Assembly (NCBI GenBank): GCA_002269645.1
Contig: NIVC01001532.1
Coordinates: 142,384 to 206,383 of the forward strand
Origin: Macrostomum lignano
Taxonomy: Eukaryota
Reading direction: 5' to 3'
Length of the DNA stretch: 64,000 nt
Of the stretch, positions 36,997 through 50,359 are shown one piece after another. Position 1 is the first letter of the stretch. Every line of letters begins with the position of its first letter. The position numbers and the translations under genes are program-made. Under the pieces are notes generated by a model. That model saw only the letters and a program-made list of their open reading frames with translations, had not been told where the DNA came from and searched no databases.

Positions 36997-39486
36997 TCAG
37001 CTGAGCGAACTGCTGGGCACACAGTAGGCCCAGTACACAATGTTAAACAAGCCAAACAAGCCCGGATAGAGGAACAAGCAGATGAAGTCCAGCCTCGATG
37101 GTGTCAATCTCCAATTAGACTTCTTCCGTTTGAACAATTTAGCCAATGTCTCCCGAAGAATGGAGTCTTGCTGCAGCAATACCTGTTGTTGCAGTTGCTG
37201 CTGCTGCTGTTGTTGTTGTTGTTGTTGGCGTTGCCGTACCACAGCCCTACTCTCTCTTCAGTCTGACCCGTTCTCGGAACTCGTTCCAAAGGGCCCGGCA
37301 TTCTTCGGGCATGGCGCATAAGTCGCCCATCTCCGTGATGCCGGTCTTCCTCCTGATGTTGTCCATCACTGGGCACTTCAACAGTACGTGCTCCGTGCCT
37401 TCCTCCTCGAGGTTGCACAGCCGGCACGTTCCACTCTCCCTGGTTCCAATCCGAGCACCATACTCCGCCAGCTCCGCGTGGTGTCCGGTCCTGAACCTGG
37501 CAAAATCGCGCCTGGCCGCTCTGCACCACTTTCCTTCCTTCCGCCAGTCCGGCTGCTTCTTCGCGTAGATTTCCTTCGCCCTCTCATGCTTCCACTCCAT
37601 CCTGCCTTCCAGGGCTCTACGAATGTGGTTAGTGGCCGCTTTCCTTGTCCAGAAGACACCTTCCTCGCCTCGTCCCTCTGCCGCCAGCTCATTTCCTTCC
37701 ACTCCGACATGTCCTGCCACCCACTTCATCGTCAGGGTTCTTTCAGGCCACTTCGCGATCTTTAGCCAGCAATGCCTCACGTCCTGCCATTCACCCTTCC
37801 ATCTGTCCTGGAAAGCCCGGAGCGCTGCTTGACTGTCACTCACGATGGTGGCCGTTTTCCAGTCTGCCGCGTCCAACCAATCGATTGCCATGCGGAGTGC
37901 CCTGATCTCGGCTTGCGTGGACGAGCATCCCTGTCCCGCTGGTCCACGAGCTTCGCCTTGCTTCGTGCTGCCCCGGTAAATGATGAGACCAGCTCCACCT
38001 TTACCGTCCTTGCCCACCGACCCATCAGTGTACAGGATGTAGTCGGTGTCTCTGTTCGCGATCCAGCTCTCTGCGGTTTCCTTGTTCTCTTTCTCGGTTG
38101 CCTGCCGGTTCGTGAGCTCCTCCAAGGCGACCTTAGTTCTGATTTGAACCCACGGTGGGATTTGCCTGCTCCGCTCTTTCGGCTCCGGCTCCGGTAACGC
38201 CAGCCTGGTCCAGTCCTCGCGACACTTCTGCCTCCAGTTGGGCTTCTTCAGCCTCTTCTGCACGCGCCTATTGGCCATCTCATTCCTAGGCGAGTCCGCT
38301 GGTAGCCGTCGGTAGCTATCATAGGTCTTCAGCGTCTGGAACTGCAGCCTGCTTTCCAGCGATGGTAGCCCGGCTTCTTGCAGCACCGCTTCCACCGGCG
38401 TGCTAGCCAGTACTCCGGCAATGGCTCTGGCGGCTGCCCGCTGGCACCTCTCCAGCTTCTCCAGGTGTACCTTGGCCAGCCATGGGTACCATGCCGGGGC
38501 CGCGTACTCCAGGATCGGTCTCACTAGCGCCAGGTAGGCCATCCTCGCAATCTCCAAGTTTAGACCTCCCTCCAAGCAACACAGCTTCTTCAGCAGGTGC
38601 GTCCTCGCCCTGGCCTTCGTCGATAGCATCCTCACGTGTTCAGAGAACGTGAGCTTTTGGTCCACCGTGACCCCGAGGTATCGGGGGGCCGAGGTCGTTC
38701 TGATGATGTCATCTCCAATTCTCAAGTCGAGTCGCATTCCTCGCTCCGCTTGGTTGTTGCTATAGACGCATGACTCGCACTTCTTAGTGTTCAAGGGGAG
38801 GTACCAGGCCCTGGTCCACTCGTGCACCTTCCGTAGTGCCTCCTGGTGCTGCTGCTGTTGCTGCTGTTGCTGCTGCTGCTGATGCAACTGCGGCAACTGC
38901 TGTTGCTGACTTCCCAGAAGCAGCGGAACATCCCTTGAAGCCGCTCTGGACCTCTTGGCCGCCAGAGCCTGCAGTTGTTTCCTTCGTCTCTCTTTCCTAA
39001 TGCGCAACAGATTAATGACCATGTACTCCAGCAGGGACAGGTAGACGAACACGATGCAACCGATGTGCCAGATCCCCAGCGTGGTCACATAGGACACTCT
39101 GGCAGCTTGGACTCCAGAGCCAGGCTCTGGGTGATCTGAGCCAAGAAGCAGACAGTCGACAAGGACACCCTTGCTGGTGGTGATTTATGATCAATAGCGA
39201 ACGAGGACCAAGCCGCAAGGACAATGAAGGTCGACGGTAGATAGTTGTACAGTATGTAGTAGGAGTGCTTCCTCTTTAGCTGGAAGCTGGCGGACAGATA
39301 ACTGAAGTTCCGCTGCGTCGCTTCTGAGTAGGCGTTGCCGCTGTCGAATGTCACCACGGGCGCGAAGAACTGGCTCAGCGAGGACGAGTCCTTGATTGAC
39401 ATGCTCTGATCGGCGAAGTGATCTGACCAGCTCAGAACCTGGTCTCCTGTGTGCATTTCAAATACACTGATGTCCATGTCGCATGC
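36997..39486 (-). pseudogene. Duplicated terminal exon (2B) of the Cys-loop channel, with a 1-bp deletion near 39101 and a LINE insertion in the polyQ tract
   Basis: Intact ttttcAG acceptor at 39487-39488. M1-M2 read to LESKLP, then ctctggcagc versus ctctgggcagc in copy A shifts the frame. M3 and the loop run into the LINE. M4 and the stop lie at 36997-37212. Confidence 0.85.
37213..38846 (-). mobile_element. 5'-truncated non-LTR retrotransposon (I-group-like ORF2: RT C-terminus, RNase H, CCHC knuckle)
   Basis: QEALRKVHEW..N..KC and RYLGVTVDQKLTF (late RT motifs), LVRPILEYAAPAW, RNase H YTDGS / AEIRA / SDSQAAL / WVAGHVGVEGNE, and CRLC..EE.TEHVLLKC. About 533 codons without a stop, TAG at 37247, short 3'UTR, (CAA)5 tail at 37213-37227. 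Candidate TSD CAACAGCAGCAGCA at 38847-38860 and 37199-37212. Confidence 0.93.
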
Positions 39487-39529
39487 CTGAAAATGATGGG
39501 GTCGAATGTCTGCTGTCTTAGTGTCTTAG

Positions 39530-40230
<701 letters not shown>

Positions 40231-41023
40231 GTTTGCCTCTGTGCAGCCAGCCTATCAGGCCCACCCGCAGGTCCCCAGCAGCTGGGCCAGCCCTGCTAAA
40301 ATAGTGCGGAGTCAGAGAGCCTTGCTGCCCCACTGGCTGAGCCCAGCTAATGCAGCCAACCCAGCCGATCCGAAAAGCAATTCGATGCATTAAAATGCGC
40401 CAAAAATTATAATTCACTTTGTTTTAATGAGCCAATGCAAAAAAAGCAATTCATTCATTTTTCTATTTTTCACTACGACTAAGTGCTTTCTTCTTTGTTA
40501 GAGATCTCTGCAACAGAAAGTACATTTATGAAACATGAATTGCTAATTGACCATTCCGAACTAAAACATCAAGCTATAATACTGATTTCATCAATAAAAA
40601 CGATCAGAAGAGCAGCATGCATGTTAGTGTGTAATGAGTTGCGGATTGCTCCGATCCAGTGCATCATGGCTCATCCTGCTTGCGATCTAAATAAGTAGGG
40701 AAACTTATTTTAAGAACCTTGAAGCTCTTAATAAATTTGATGCAGCAGGCTGTTAACGAGATTGAGCGGCTGTGGGAATCATTGCGGCTCTGTGACTTTA
40801 CTTAATGTTTAGCCATTGCCTTACATTTAAATCTTTTCATTCCTTAAATCTATCAGGGCGCCGTTTCTATCTGCTCTATTCTCTATCTCGCTTGCATATC
40901 TCCCTCTCTCTCTCTCTCTCTCCCTCTCCCTCTCTCTCTCCCCCTCTCTCCCTCCCTCTCTCTCTCTCTCCCTCTCTCTCTCTCCCCCTCTCTCACTCTC
41001 TCTCCCCTCTCTCTCTCCCTCTC

Positions 41024-41054
<31 letters not shown>

Positions 41055-41214
41055 CCCTCTCTCACTTCAATCTCTTTTTTCTCTTTCACCCCTTACCCCT
41101 CTTTCTCTTCTCCCTGTCCCCTTCTATCTCCCACTTCCCTGTCTCCCTCCGTCTCCCTATCTCCTCTACTTCTCTCTCTCTCTCTGCCTCTCTCATCCGC
41201 TGTGGGCCTCTCCC

Positions 41215-42069
41215 TCAGCTGAGCGAACTGCTGGGCACACAGTAGGCCCAGTACACAATGTTAAACAAGCCAAACAAGCCCGGATAGAGGAACAAGCAGA
41301 TGAAGTCCAGTCTCGATGGTGTCAATCTCCAATTAGACTTCTTCCGTTTGAACAATTTAGCCAATGTCTCCCGAAGAATGGAGTCTTGCTGCAGCAATAC
41401 CTGTTGTTGCAGTTGCAGTTGCTGCTGCTGCTGTTGCTGCTGCTGTTGCAGTTGCTGCTGCTGATGCAACTGCGGCAACTGCTGTTGCTGACTTCCCAGA
41501 AGCAGCGGAACATCCCTTGAAGCCGCTCTGGACCTCTTGGCCGCCAGAGCCTGCAGTTGTTTCCTTCGTCTCTCTTTCCTAATGCGCAACAGATTAATGA
41601 CCATGTACTCCAGCAGGGACAGGTAGACGAACACGATGCAACCGATGTGCCAGATCCCCAGCGTGGTCACATAGGACACTCTGGGCAGCTTGGACTCCAG
41701 AGCCAGGCTCTGGGTGATCTGAGCCAAGAAGCAGACAGTCGACAAGGACACCCTTGCTGGTGGTGATTTATGATCAATAGCGAACGAGGACCAAGCCGCA
41801 AGGACAATGAAGGTCGACGGTAGATAGTTGTACAGTATGTAGTAGGAGTGCTTCCTCTTTAGCTGGAAGCTGGCGGACAGATAACTGAAGTTCCGCTGCG
41901 TCGCTTCTGAGTAGGCGTTGCCGCTGTCGAATGTCACCACGGGCGCGAAGAACTGGCTCAGCGAGGACGAGTCCTTGATTGACATGCTCTGATCGGCGAA
42001 GTGATCTGACCAGCTCAGAACCTGGTCTCCTGTGTGCATTTCAAATACACTGATGTCCATGTCGCATGC
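41215..42069 (-). CDS. Cys-loop anion channel 1, terminal coding exon (end of ECD, M1-M4)
   Basis: ttttcAG acceptor at 42070-42071. Reads ACDMDISVF...LKRKHSYYILYNYLPS (M1), PPARVSL (M2), LPRVSY, M3, polyQ loop, LDFICLFLYPGLFGLFNIVYW (M4), then the stop. Confidence 0.9.
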   Translation of the reverse strand, partial: ACDMDISVFEMHTGDQVLSWSDHFADQSMSIKDSSSLSQFFAPVVTFDSGNAYSEATQRNFSYLSASFQLKRKHSYYILYNYLPSTFIVLAAWSSFAIDHKSPPARVSLSTVCFLAQITQSLALESKLPRVSYVTTLGIWHIGCIVFVYLSLLEYMVINLLRIRKERRRKQLQALAAKRSRAASRDVPLLLGSQQQQLPQLHQQQQLQQQQQQQQQQLQLQQQVLLQQDSILRETLAKLFKRKKSNWRLTPSRLDFICLFLYPGLFGLFNIVYWAYCVPSSSLS

Positions 42070-42112
42070 CTGAAAATGATGGGGTCGAATGTCTGCTGTC
42101 TTAGTGTCTTAG

Positions 42113-42793
<681 letters not shown>

Positions 42794-42821
42794 TCAATCC
42801 CGACACCCAAAAGTCGCACAC

Positions 42822-43430
42822 CTGAGTGTCGAAGGGAAAACGGCGGACATCCATGTGACAGTGGAAGCGCAGGTTGAGCTTCTGGTTGTACTGCAGGGTG
42901 CCGTTGGGCCACAGCCACAACAGGAAGTTCCTGGACGGCAGGTCGTGTCTGAGAACGTCTTTGGCATTCTTAAAGAACACGCCGGGCTTCCAGACGGACT
43001 CGGCGATCTGGCTGAGCACGAGGACAGCGGAGTGACCGGTGTAGCGCAGCCTGGGATCCGTCCATCGCATCAGCAGCACCAGCTCTATGGCGAACTCCAT
43101 GTTGATCATGTTCACCGGACCGAAGCTGTCAATCTTCAGGCTCACCTGCACCCGAGTCGGGCCGCCATCAGGCTGCGGAACCGGACGAAACAGGTTGTCA
43201 TAGCGACGAGGATTGACCAGTTGGCTGACGAAATCCGTCAGGCTCATGTTGCCGAGTTTGTGCAACGGCTGCTGCCGATGCGACTCCGGAGCCGCCGACG
43301 GTTGCCAGGTAGTTGCTATGGGAGTCGACCATGTTGATTCCGAGCCACCCTGAGCAGCATGAACTGCTGTCAGAAACTTTGAAGTGTTGATTAAGAGGAG
43401 CAGCAGTGAGTATTGAAGTTTTGAAGACAT
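42822..43430 (-). CDS. Cys-loop anion channel 1, first coding exon (signal peptide and ECD); full protein ~487 aa
   Basis: ATG at 43430, hydrophobic signal, [38 protein letters not shown], then CAG|GT phase 0. Splicing to ACD gives a canonical C-x13-C loop. A possible 84-nt 5'UTR intron lies at 43441-43524 (GTAAGT...AAG). Confidence 0.88.
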
Positions 43431-43817
43431 TTTTAGCTTTCTTTGGGGCAAAACAGGGACAGAATGAGCCAGATCCACTTTTATACGTGTCTTGAAAACT
43501 TGTGAGGTTAATTAACTGACTTACCTGTGAGGCTTAATAACACAATTATGCTAATTAGTACAGGCATGTCAGGACAGGAAGTACCCGAAATAGGATTTCA
43601 GAAATTGCCACTAAAAATAAACTTAACTGAGGTGTAATAGAAATACAATTTGTTTGCTGCAAGGTGCCTTACTGTTGAACTGTTTATTTGAATGGTTAAT
43701 TAACACCTGGACTGTTTATTCGACAGTGAATAACTTCCTGTTATGCTGGTCGGGTAGAAGTGACCGAATTAATTTTCATTTCGAAGATTGAGCTGCTCAG
43801 ACCCTAGTGTGAGGAGG

Positions 43818-44400
43818 GACTCAGACCCAAGGGACTCAGACCCAAGGGACTCAGACCCAAGGGACTCAGACCCAAGGGACTCAGACCCAAGGGACTCAGA
43901 CCCCAGGGACTCAGACCCCAGGGACTCAGACCCCAGGGACTCAGACCCCAGGGACTCAGACCCCAGGGACTCAGACCCCAGGGACTCAGACCCAGGGACT
44001 CAGACCCCAGGGACTCAGACCCCAGGGACTCAGACCCCAGGGACTCAGACCCCAGGGACTCAGACCCCAGGGACTCAGACCCCAGGGACTCAGACCCCAG
44101 GGACTCAGACCCCAGGGACTCAGACCCCAGGGACTCAGACCCCAGGGACTCAGACCCCAGGGACTCAGACCCCAGGGACTCAGACCCCAGGGACTCAGAC
44201 CCCAGGGACTCAGACCCCAGGGACTCAGACCCCAGGGACTCAGACCCCAGGGACTCAGACCCCAGGGACTCAGACCCCAGGGACTCAGACCCCAGGGACT
44301 CAGACCCCAGGGACTCAGACCCCAGGGACTCAGACCCCAGGGACTCAGACCCCAGGGACTCAGACCCCAGGGACTCAGACCCCAGGGACTCAGACCCCAC
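43818..44400. repeat. 15-bp minisatellite (GGGACTCAGACCCCA)
   Basis: Directly visible. Confidence 0.95.
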
Positions 44401-44828
44401 TTAGACCCTTAGTATGAAGAGGGACTCAGACCCCAGTGTGGAGAGGGACTCAAATTGGGGGTGCGAGCAGACTGACCAAAAAGCGAGAAAAAAAATGTCC
44501 CAAACTTAGCTGGCGGCATTAGCTAATGGGACACTGCAAAGCCAAAGAAAGTCTGGGTCCAACAGTCAAAGAGCATATGCTAGTATAACAAAAGCAGCTT
44601 TTAGGAAAGCAGATCCGACATCAAAAGGCCGTCTCGATTTCCTGTGATGGTGTGACTAGCTGGCAAAATTAAGGAATAGATGGAGTGCAATTCTAGAACA
44701 CAAGAAAGACAGCACGGATTTCAGTAGGAATTTTCAGCCTTTGCACTATTTTAGACAGTCCTGACTGAGCAAACAGAATCCGGCCTCTATTTATGTACTT
44801 CTAGTTTTGCTTCTGTAACTGGATCTGT

Positions 44829-45315
<487 letters not shown>

Positions 45316-45610
45316 TATAACTCAATACATGTACATCTAGATGCTACAACCAAGACCATGAGATGTGGTTAGGCAGCTCACAGTTCCCACCTTATCAGAC
45401 CTCAGCAGCAGCTCAAGCTGCATCCGCGTCCCCAGCTCTGTTGACAATGTCTTATCTATGCCACCGCAGCGGAGGTCTCCCAACCTTCACCCCGATAAAG
45501 CCAGAAATCAAATATAGGAGCCTTGATTAGCCAAGCAGCGATAAAATACACCGCCCGCCTGCTTTCAGAAGTCCGCAGGTTGAGCACAGCCTGAGATTAG
45601 CCCCATCAGC

Positions 45611-46825
45611 ATGCCCCGTCTCAGCAGTTCAAGAGCTTTCTTCGACGACCTCTCGTGGCACTTCACGGCCGAGTCGCTGTTTCTGCCGGACGATGACCTG
45701 TCGGACGAGCTGGCATGCCTGAGCAGCAATAACAGCTTCGACAACATCGATAGGCCCATGGTCTATCAGGCTATTGTCCTTGTGTTCACCCCGCTCGTAG
45801 CCTGTCTCAGCATCTTGGCTGAGCTAGTGCTGCTGCTAATACTGTTGAGACTGCTCAAAACTACTGGCTTATTGTTTTACATGCTGCTGGGGATGAAGGC
45901 TGGCACAGATCTGCTCATGCTCAGCCTGTGGCTGGTGTCCGACCTTCTGGACTCGTGCCCGTACGTCTGCCCGTTCTCCACGGGTCTGCAGCTGTTCCGC
46001 TACAAGTCGGTGTTCTACGCCAGGATCTACTATCCGCTGGCCAACGCCTGCAGCGCGGCGAGCACCTACCTGCTGCTGGCTGTCACCCTGCTCTGGTGCG
46101 TGGTGGTGCACAGGAGCAGCCAGCACTGCCGGTGCCGCATCAAGTGCAGCTGGAGCTTCATCATAGGAGCTCTGGCCGCTTGGCTACTGGCTCTGGGCAT
46201 TAATCTGCCGCGTAGCTTCTGTCTAGTCTATCGTTGCTATGGCAACCAGCTGACTCCGGTGAGCGCGGCGGACTGGTGCCACAATGTTTACCGGTGGCTG
46301 GCGCTGAGCCTGATGCAGATCGGCCCCCTGCTGGGCCTGCTCTGTCTGAGCTGCTACCTGCTGCACCGAATGCTCCGGTTGGCCAGACGCTCCAACAGAG
46401 CGCTCTATCGTTACCATAGCAACGCATGTCATAGAAACAAAAACAAACAACGCCGTCGTCATAGCAACCGCCGCACTCGTTGCATCCTGATGATGAACGC
46501 GTGCTTCCTAGTCGGCCAAGTCCCGGCATTCCTGGTGCACCCGGACTCCAGCCAGGCAGATTTGCTGGAGCGGGAGCTGTCAGCATCCGCCCGGGTGGTC
46601 ATCGCCAGCCTCATCAACTGCCTGGAGGCGCTGAGCTACACTGCAAACCTGCTAGTGCTGGCCAAGTGCGATTCCAGGTTCAAGGAGCTCACGAACTCAG
46701 CAGCCGCCGGCTTCAAGAAGTTTTGCCGGCCTCAGCCGGAGCGGTGCAGCGGCCTCGAAGCCACCAGCTGGAGCCGGGAGGCTGCGACAGTGCAATGTCA
46801 GGATGCTGTCAAGACTGTCACATGA
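45611..46825 (+). CDS. Divergent rhodopsin-like 7TM receptor (FMRFamide-receptor/Srw/flatworm Rho-L-like), 404 aa, intronless
   Basis: ATG at 45611. Seven hydrophobic segments with family-type YPLANACSAASTYLLLAVT (TM3), INLPR (TM4), GPLLGL (TM5), FLVGQVP (TM6) and LEALSYTANL (TM7). Confidence 0.85.
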   Translation: MPRLSSSRAFFDDLSWHFTAESLFLPDDDLSDELACLSSNNSFDNIDRPMVYQAIVLVFTPLVACLSILAELVLLLILLRLLKTTGLLFYMLLGMKAGTDLLMLSLWLVSDLLDSCPYVCPFSTGLQLFRYKSVFYARIYYPLANACSAASTYLLLAVTLLWCVVVHRSSQHCRCRIKCSWSFIIGALAAWLLALGINLPRSFCLVYRCYGNQLTPVSAADWCHNVYRWLALSLMQIGPLLGLLCLSCYLLHRMLRLARRSNRALYRYHSNACHRNKNKQRRRHSNRRTRCILMMNACFLVGQVPAFLVHPDSSQADLLERELSASARVVIASLINCLEALSYTANLLVLAKCDSRFKELTNSAAAGFKKFCRPQPERCSGLEATSWSREAATVQCQDAVKTVT

Positions 46826-46959
46826 TTTTTCATTTAACACGGGACTTTGACGCTTTTGGACTTTGTAACTAACCTGATAATCGCATGTGATGCCATTAAT
46901 AAGACCTGTAAGTCATACATGTATAGTCATTACATAAATATTACATCTTAATAATCACC

Positions 46960-47280
46960 TGTGACGGACTCCATCTTCAGAATCACCTGTCACTGACTCC
47001 ATCTTCAGAATCACCTGTCACTGACTCGATCTTCAGAATCACCTGTCACTGACTCCATCTTCAAAATCTCCTGTCACTGACTCCATCTTCAGAATCACCT
47101 GTCACTGACTCCATCTTCAAAATCTCCTGTCACTGACTCCATCTTCAAAATCTCCTGTCACTGACTCCATCTTCAGAATCACCAGTCACTGACTCCATCT
47201 TCAGAATCACCAGTCACTGACTCCATCTTCAGAATCACCTGTCACTGACTCCATCTTCAGAATCACCAGTCACTGACTCC
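46960..47280. repeat. 28-bp minisatellite (CACCTGTCACTGACTCCATCTTCAGAAT)
   Basis: TCACC recurs at 46983 and 47011. Confidence 0.9.
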
Positions 47281-47432
47281 CTTTCAGCCGTCACGGATGA
47301 AAAATATATTTTAATTAGCAAAAAAATTATTCACCATTTTAACTGAAAAAAGGCACAGCATAAGACATCGCTTGACAGGGCAAATCGCTTTTTTGTTTTT
47401 TTCTGTAGTTTCAGTTGAATGCAATCTTGGCT

Positions 47433-48770
47433 GTGTCACTCTCTTCTGTGTCACTCTCTGTGTCACTCTCTTCTGTGTCTCTCTTCTGTGTCTCTCTCTT
47501 CTGTGTCACTCTCTTCTGTGTCTCTCTTCTGTGTCTCTCTCTTCTGTGTCACTCTCTTCTGTGTCACTCTCTGCCACTCTCTTTTGTGTCACTCTCTGTC
47601 ACTCTCTTTTGTGTCACTCTCTTCTGTGTCTCTCTCTTCTGTGTCACTCTCTTCTGTGTCACTCTCTTCTGTGTCACTCTCTTTTGTGTCACTCTCTTCT
47701 GTGTCACTCTCTGTCACTCTCTTATGTGTCACTCTTTTCTGTGTCACTCTCTTCTGTGTCACTCTCTTCTGTGTCACTCTCTTCTGTGTCACTCTCTGTC
47801 ACTCTCTTTTGTGTCACTCTCTTCTGTTTCACTCTCTCCTGTCTCACTTTCTTTTGTGTCACTCTCTTCTGTGTCACTCTCTTTTGTGTCACTCTCTTCT
47901 GTATCACTCTCTTCTGTGTCACTCTCTTCTGTGTCACTCTCTGTCACTCTCTTTTGTGTCACTCTCTTCTGTGTCACTCTCTGTCACTCTCTTCTGTGTC
48001 ACTCTCTGTCACTCTCTTCTGTGTCACTCTCTTCTGTGTCACTCTCTGTCACTCTCTTTTGTGTCACTCTCTTCTGTGTCACTCTCTGTCACTCTCTTTT
48101 GTGTCACTCTCTTTTGTGTCACTCTCTTCTGTGTCACTCTCTGTCACTCTCTTTTGTGTCACTCTCTTTTGTGTCACTCTCTTCTGTTTCACTCTCTCCC
48201 GTGTCACTCTCTTTTGTGTCACTCTCTTCTGTGTCACTCTCTTCTGTGTCACTCTCTGTGTCACTCTCTTTTGTGTCACTCTCTCCCGTGTCACTCTCTT
48301 TTGTGTCACTCTCTTCTGTGTCACTCTCTTCTGTGTCACTCTCTGTGTCACTCTCTTCTGTGTCACTCTCTTTTGTGTCACTCTCTTCTGTGTCACTCTC
48401 TTCTGTGTCACTCTCTGTGTCACTCTCTTTTGTTTCACTCTCTCCCGTGTCACTCTCTTCTGTGTCACTCTCTTCTGTGTCACTCTCTTCTGTGTCACTC
48501 TCTTCTGTGTCACTCTCTTCTGTGTCACTCTCTTCTGTGTCACTCTCTTGTGTGTCACTCTCTGTGTCACTCTCTTCTGTGTCACTCTCTTCTGTGTCAC
48601 TCTCTTCTGTGTCACTCTCTTCTGTGTCACTCTCTTCTGTGTCACTCTCTGTGTCACTCTCTTTTGTGTCACTCTCTCCCGTGTCACTCTCTTTTGTGTC
48701 ACTCTCTCCTGTATCACTCTCTTCTGTGTCACTCTCTTCAGTGCCATTTCTGTGTCACTCTCTATTTTGT
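47433..48770. repeat. 15-bp minisatellite (TGTCACTCTCTTCTG)
   Basis: Directly visible. Confidence 0.95.
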
Positions 48771-49289
48771 CACTCTAATCCAGTTTGCCCGTATTCTACG
48801 TGTCATATCCATTCCGAGTGAAAAGTTGTCTATTGACTACTTGCAAGAGTAGAAATTTGCGAATTATGCAAATTCGCACTAAAAACTAAGATTCTATTCT
48901 AAGTAGCTCGTACGAGAATTTCTCCTGGCTAACAGATAATTCCATATACTAAAGGGATTAAACTTTCGGGGAAACGTGATTTTTGTGTGGTCTAAAAATG
49001 GTCAGTCAGCCTTTAAAGAGTTTTCGGACCACCCTGCAGAAGTCACGCGATCAATTGCAAGTCACATCCTGTATACTAAAAATGAGTTGTCTATATATAT
49101 AATATAATAATCAATTTTTTATGCTATTCGCTAACAGACAGATTGATAACAATCAGCTGAAGGTTGCGAGTTCGAACATCTTTTGCAACAAACTGGACAA
49201 AATATGGTTGAGCCATTTAGCTTGTAATATTGTTTCCCTCAAACATATACAAAGGTTGAATAGATTTAGTTGGATTGAGCAATTTAGGT

Positions 49290-49655
49290 TAAGAAGTAGA
49301 TAGAGATACAACAGTAGAGATGAGAAGTAGATAAATATGCAGCAGTGGAAATGAGAAGTAGATAGAGATACAACAGTAGAGATGAGAAGTAGATAGAGAT
49401 ACAACAGTAGAGATGAGAAGTAGATAGAGATACAGCAGTAGAGATGAGAAGTAGATAGATATGCAGCAGTAGAGATGGGAAGTAGATAGAGATACAGCAG
49501 TAGAGGTGAGAAGTATATAGAGATACAGCAGTAGAGATGAGAAGTAGATAGAGATACAGCAGTGGAAATGAGAAGTAGATAGAGATACAGCAGTAGAGAT
49601 GAGAAGTAGATAGAGATACAACAGTAGATAAGAAGTAGATAGAGATGCAGCAGTG
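49290..49655. repeat. 31-bp minisatellite (AGAAGTAGATAGAGATACAGCAGTAGAGATG)
   Basis: TGAGAAGTAG recurs at 49321 and 49352. Confidence 0.9.
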
Positions 49656-50359
49656 AAATCTCAGTATTAAATAGTTCAACATTTAACACTGATATAAGCA
49701 GCTTATAACATCATTTTGCAGATACGCAAAATTGTCTTTCCAACTTTAAAGTACATCCAGCTTTCTTCGAAAGGATGCCAAGCAGCAGCAATGTCAGGGA
49801 GCAAAGTTTCACGCCTCCTGCTGAGGATAATGGCCCAATGATGCTGCTTGGGATTTCCTACATGTATGTGCGTGAGCAGCCAATTTCCCAGGGTATACGG
49901 GGGGTGGGGCTGGGCGCTCATCCCCTTCCGCAGCAGCGCGAGGCCACTTACACTCGGAATATCTCCCAGGACGCCTGAGGGGGGTGGCGCTTCACTGAAG
50001 TCAGGGAGACACGCATCCAACCCAGCATGTTCCGTCCGGCCCTAAGGGCAGCGGCGGTTGTGGCAAAAAAGACACCCAACCATCATATCATGCAGCTTTT
50101 TCCCCTTCAGACGAGTCTTTTCCCCAACTTAACACTGTTGCTAGGCAAAAAGTGGCTAGTGAAACAGCTGCCAGCGCTCTCGGCAGATAGACGAAGTCCT
50201 TCATAGCTGCAGCTGGAAATTTTTGCTGCCATGCAGTTGGAATGTTAGAAGCAGAGAGCTGAACATTTTGAGGAAAATTTACTTAACAAAAAGTGCATAT
50301 GATGGTTAGAGATTGTTCTAAGAGCTACTTTTCTGTAGCTGAAGTAGCTTATAACGGTA

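Noticed and set aside
42793-42821. Read-through [12 protein letters not shown] as the end of the Cys loop
   Set aside because: It runs directly into the (CAGA)n array. Splicing at CAG|GT to ACDMDIS gives a proper loop and a continuous alignment.
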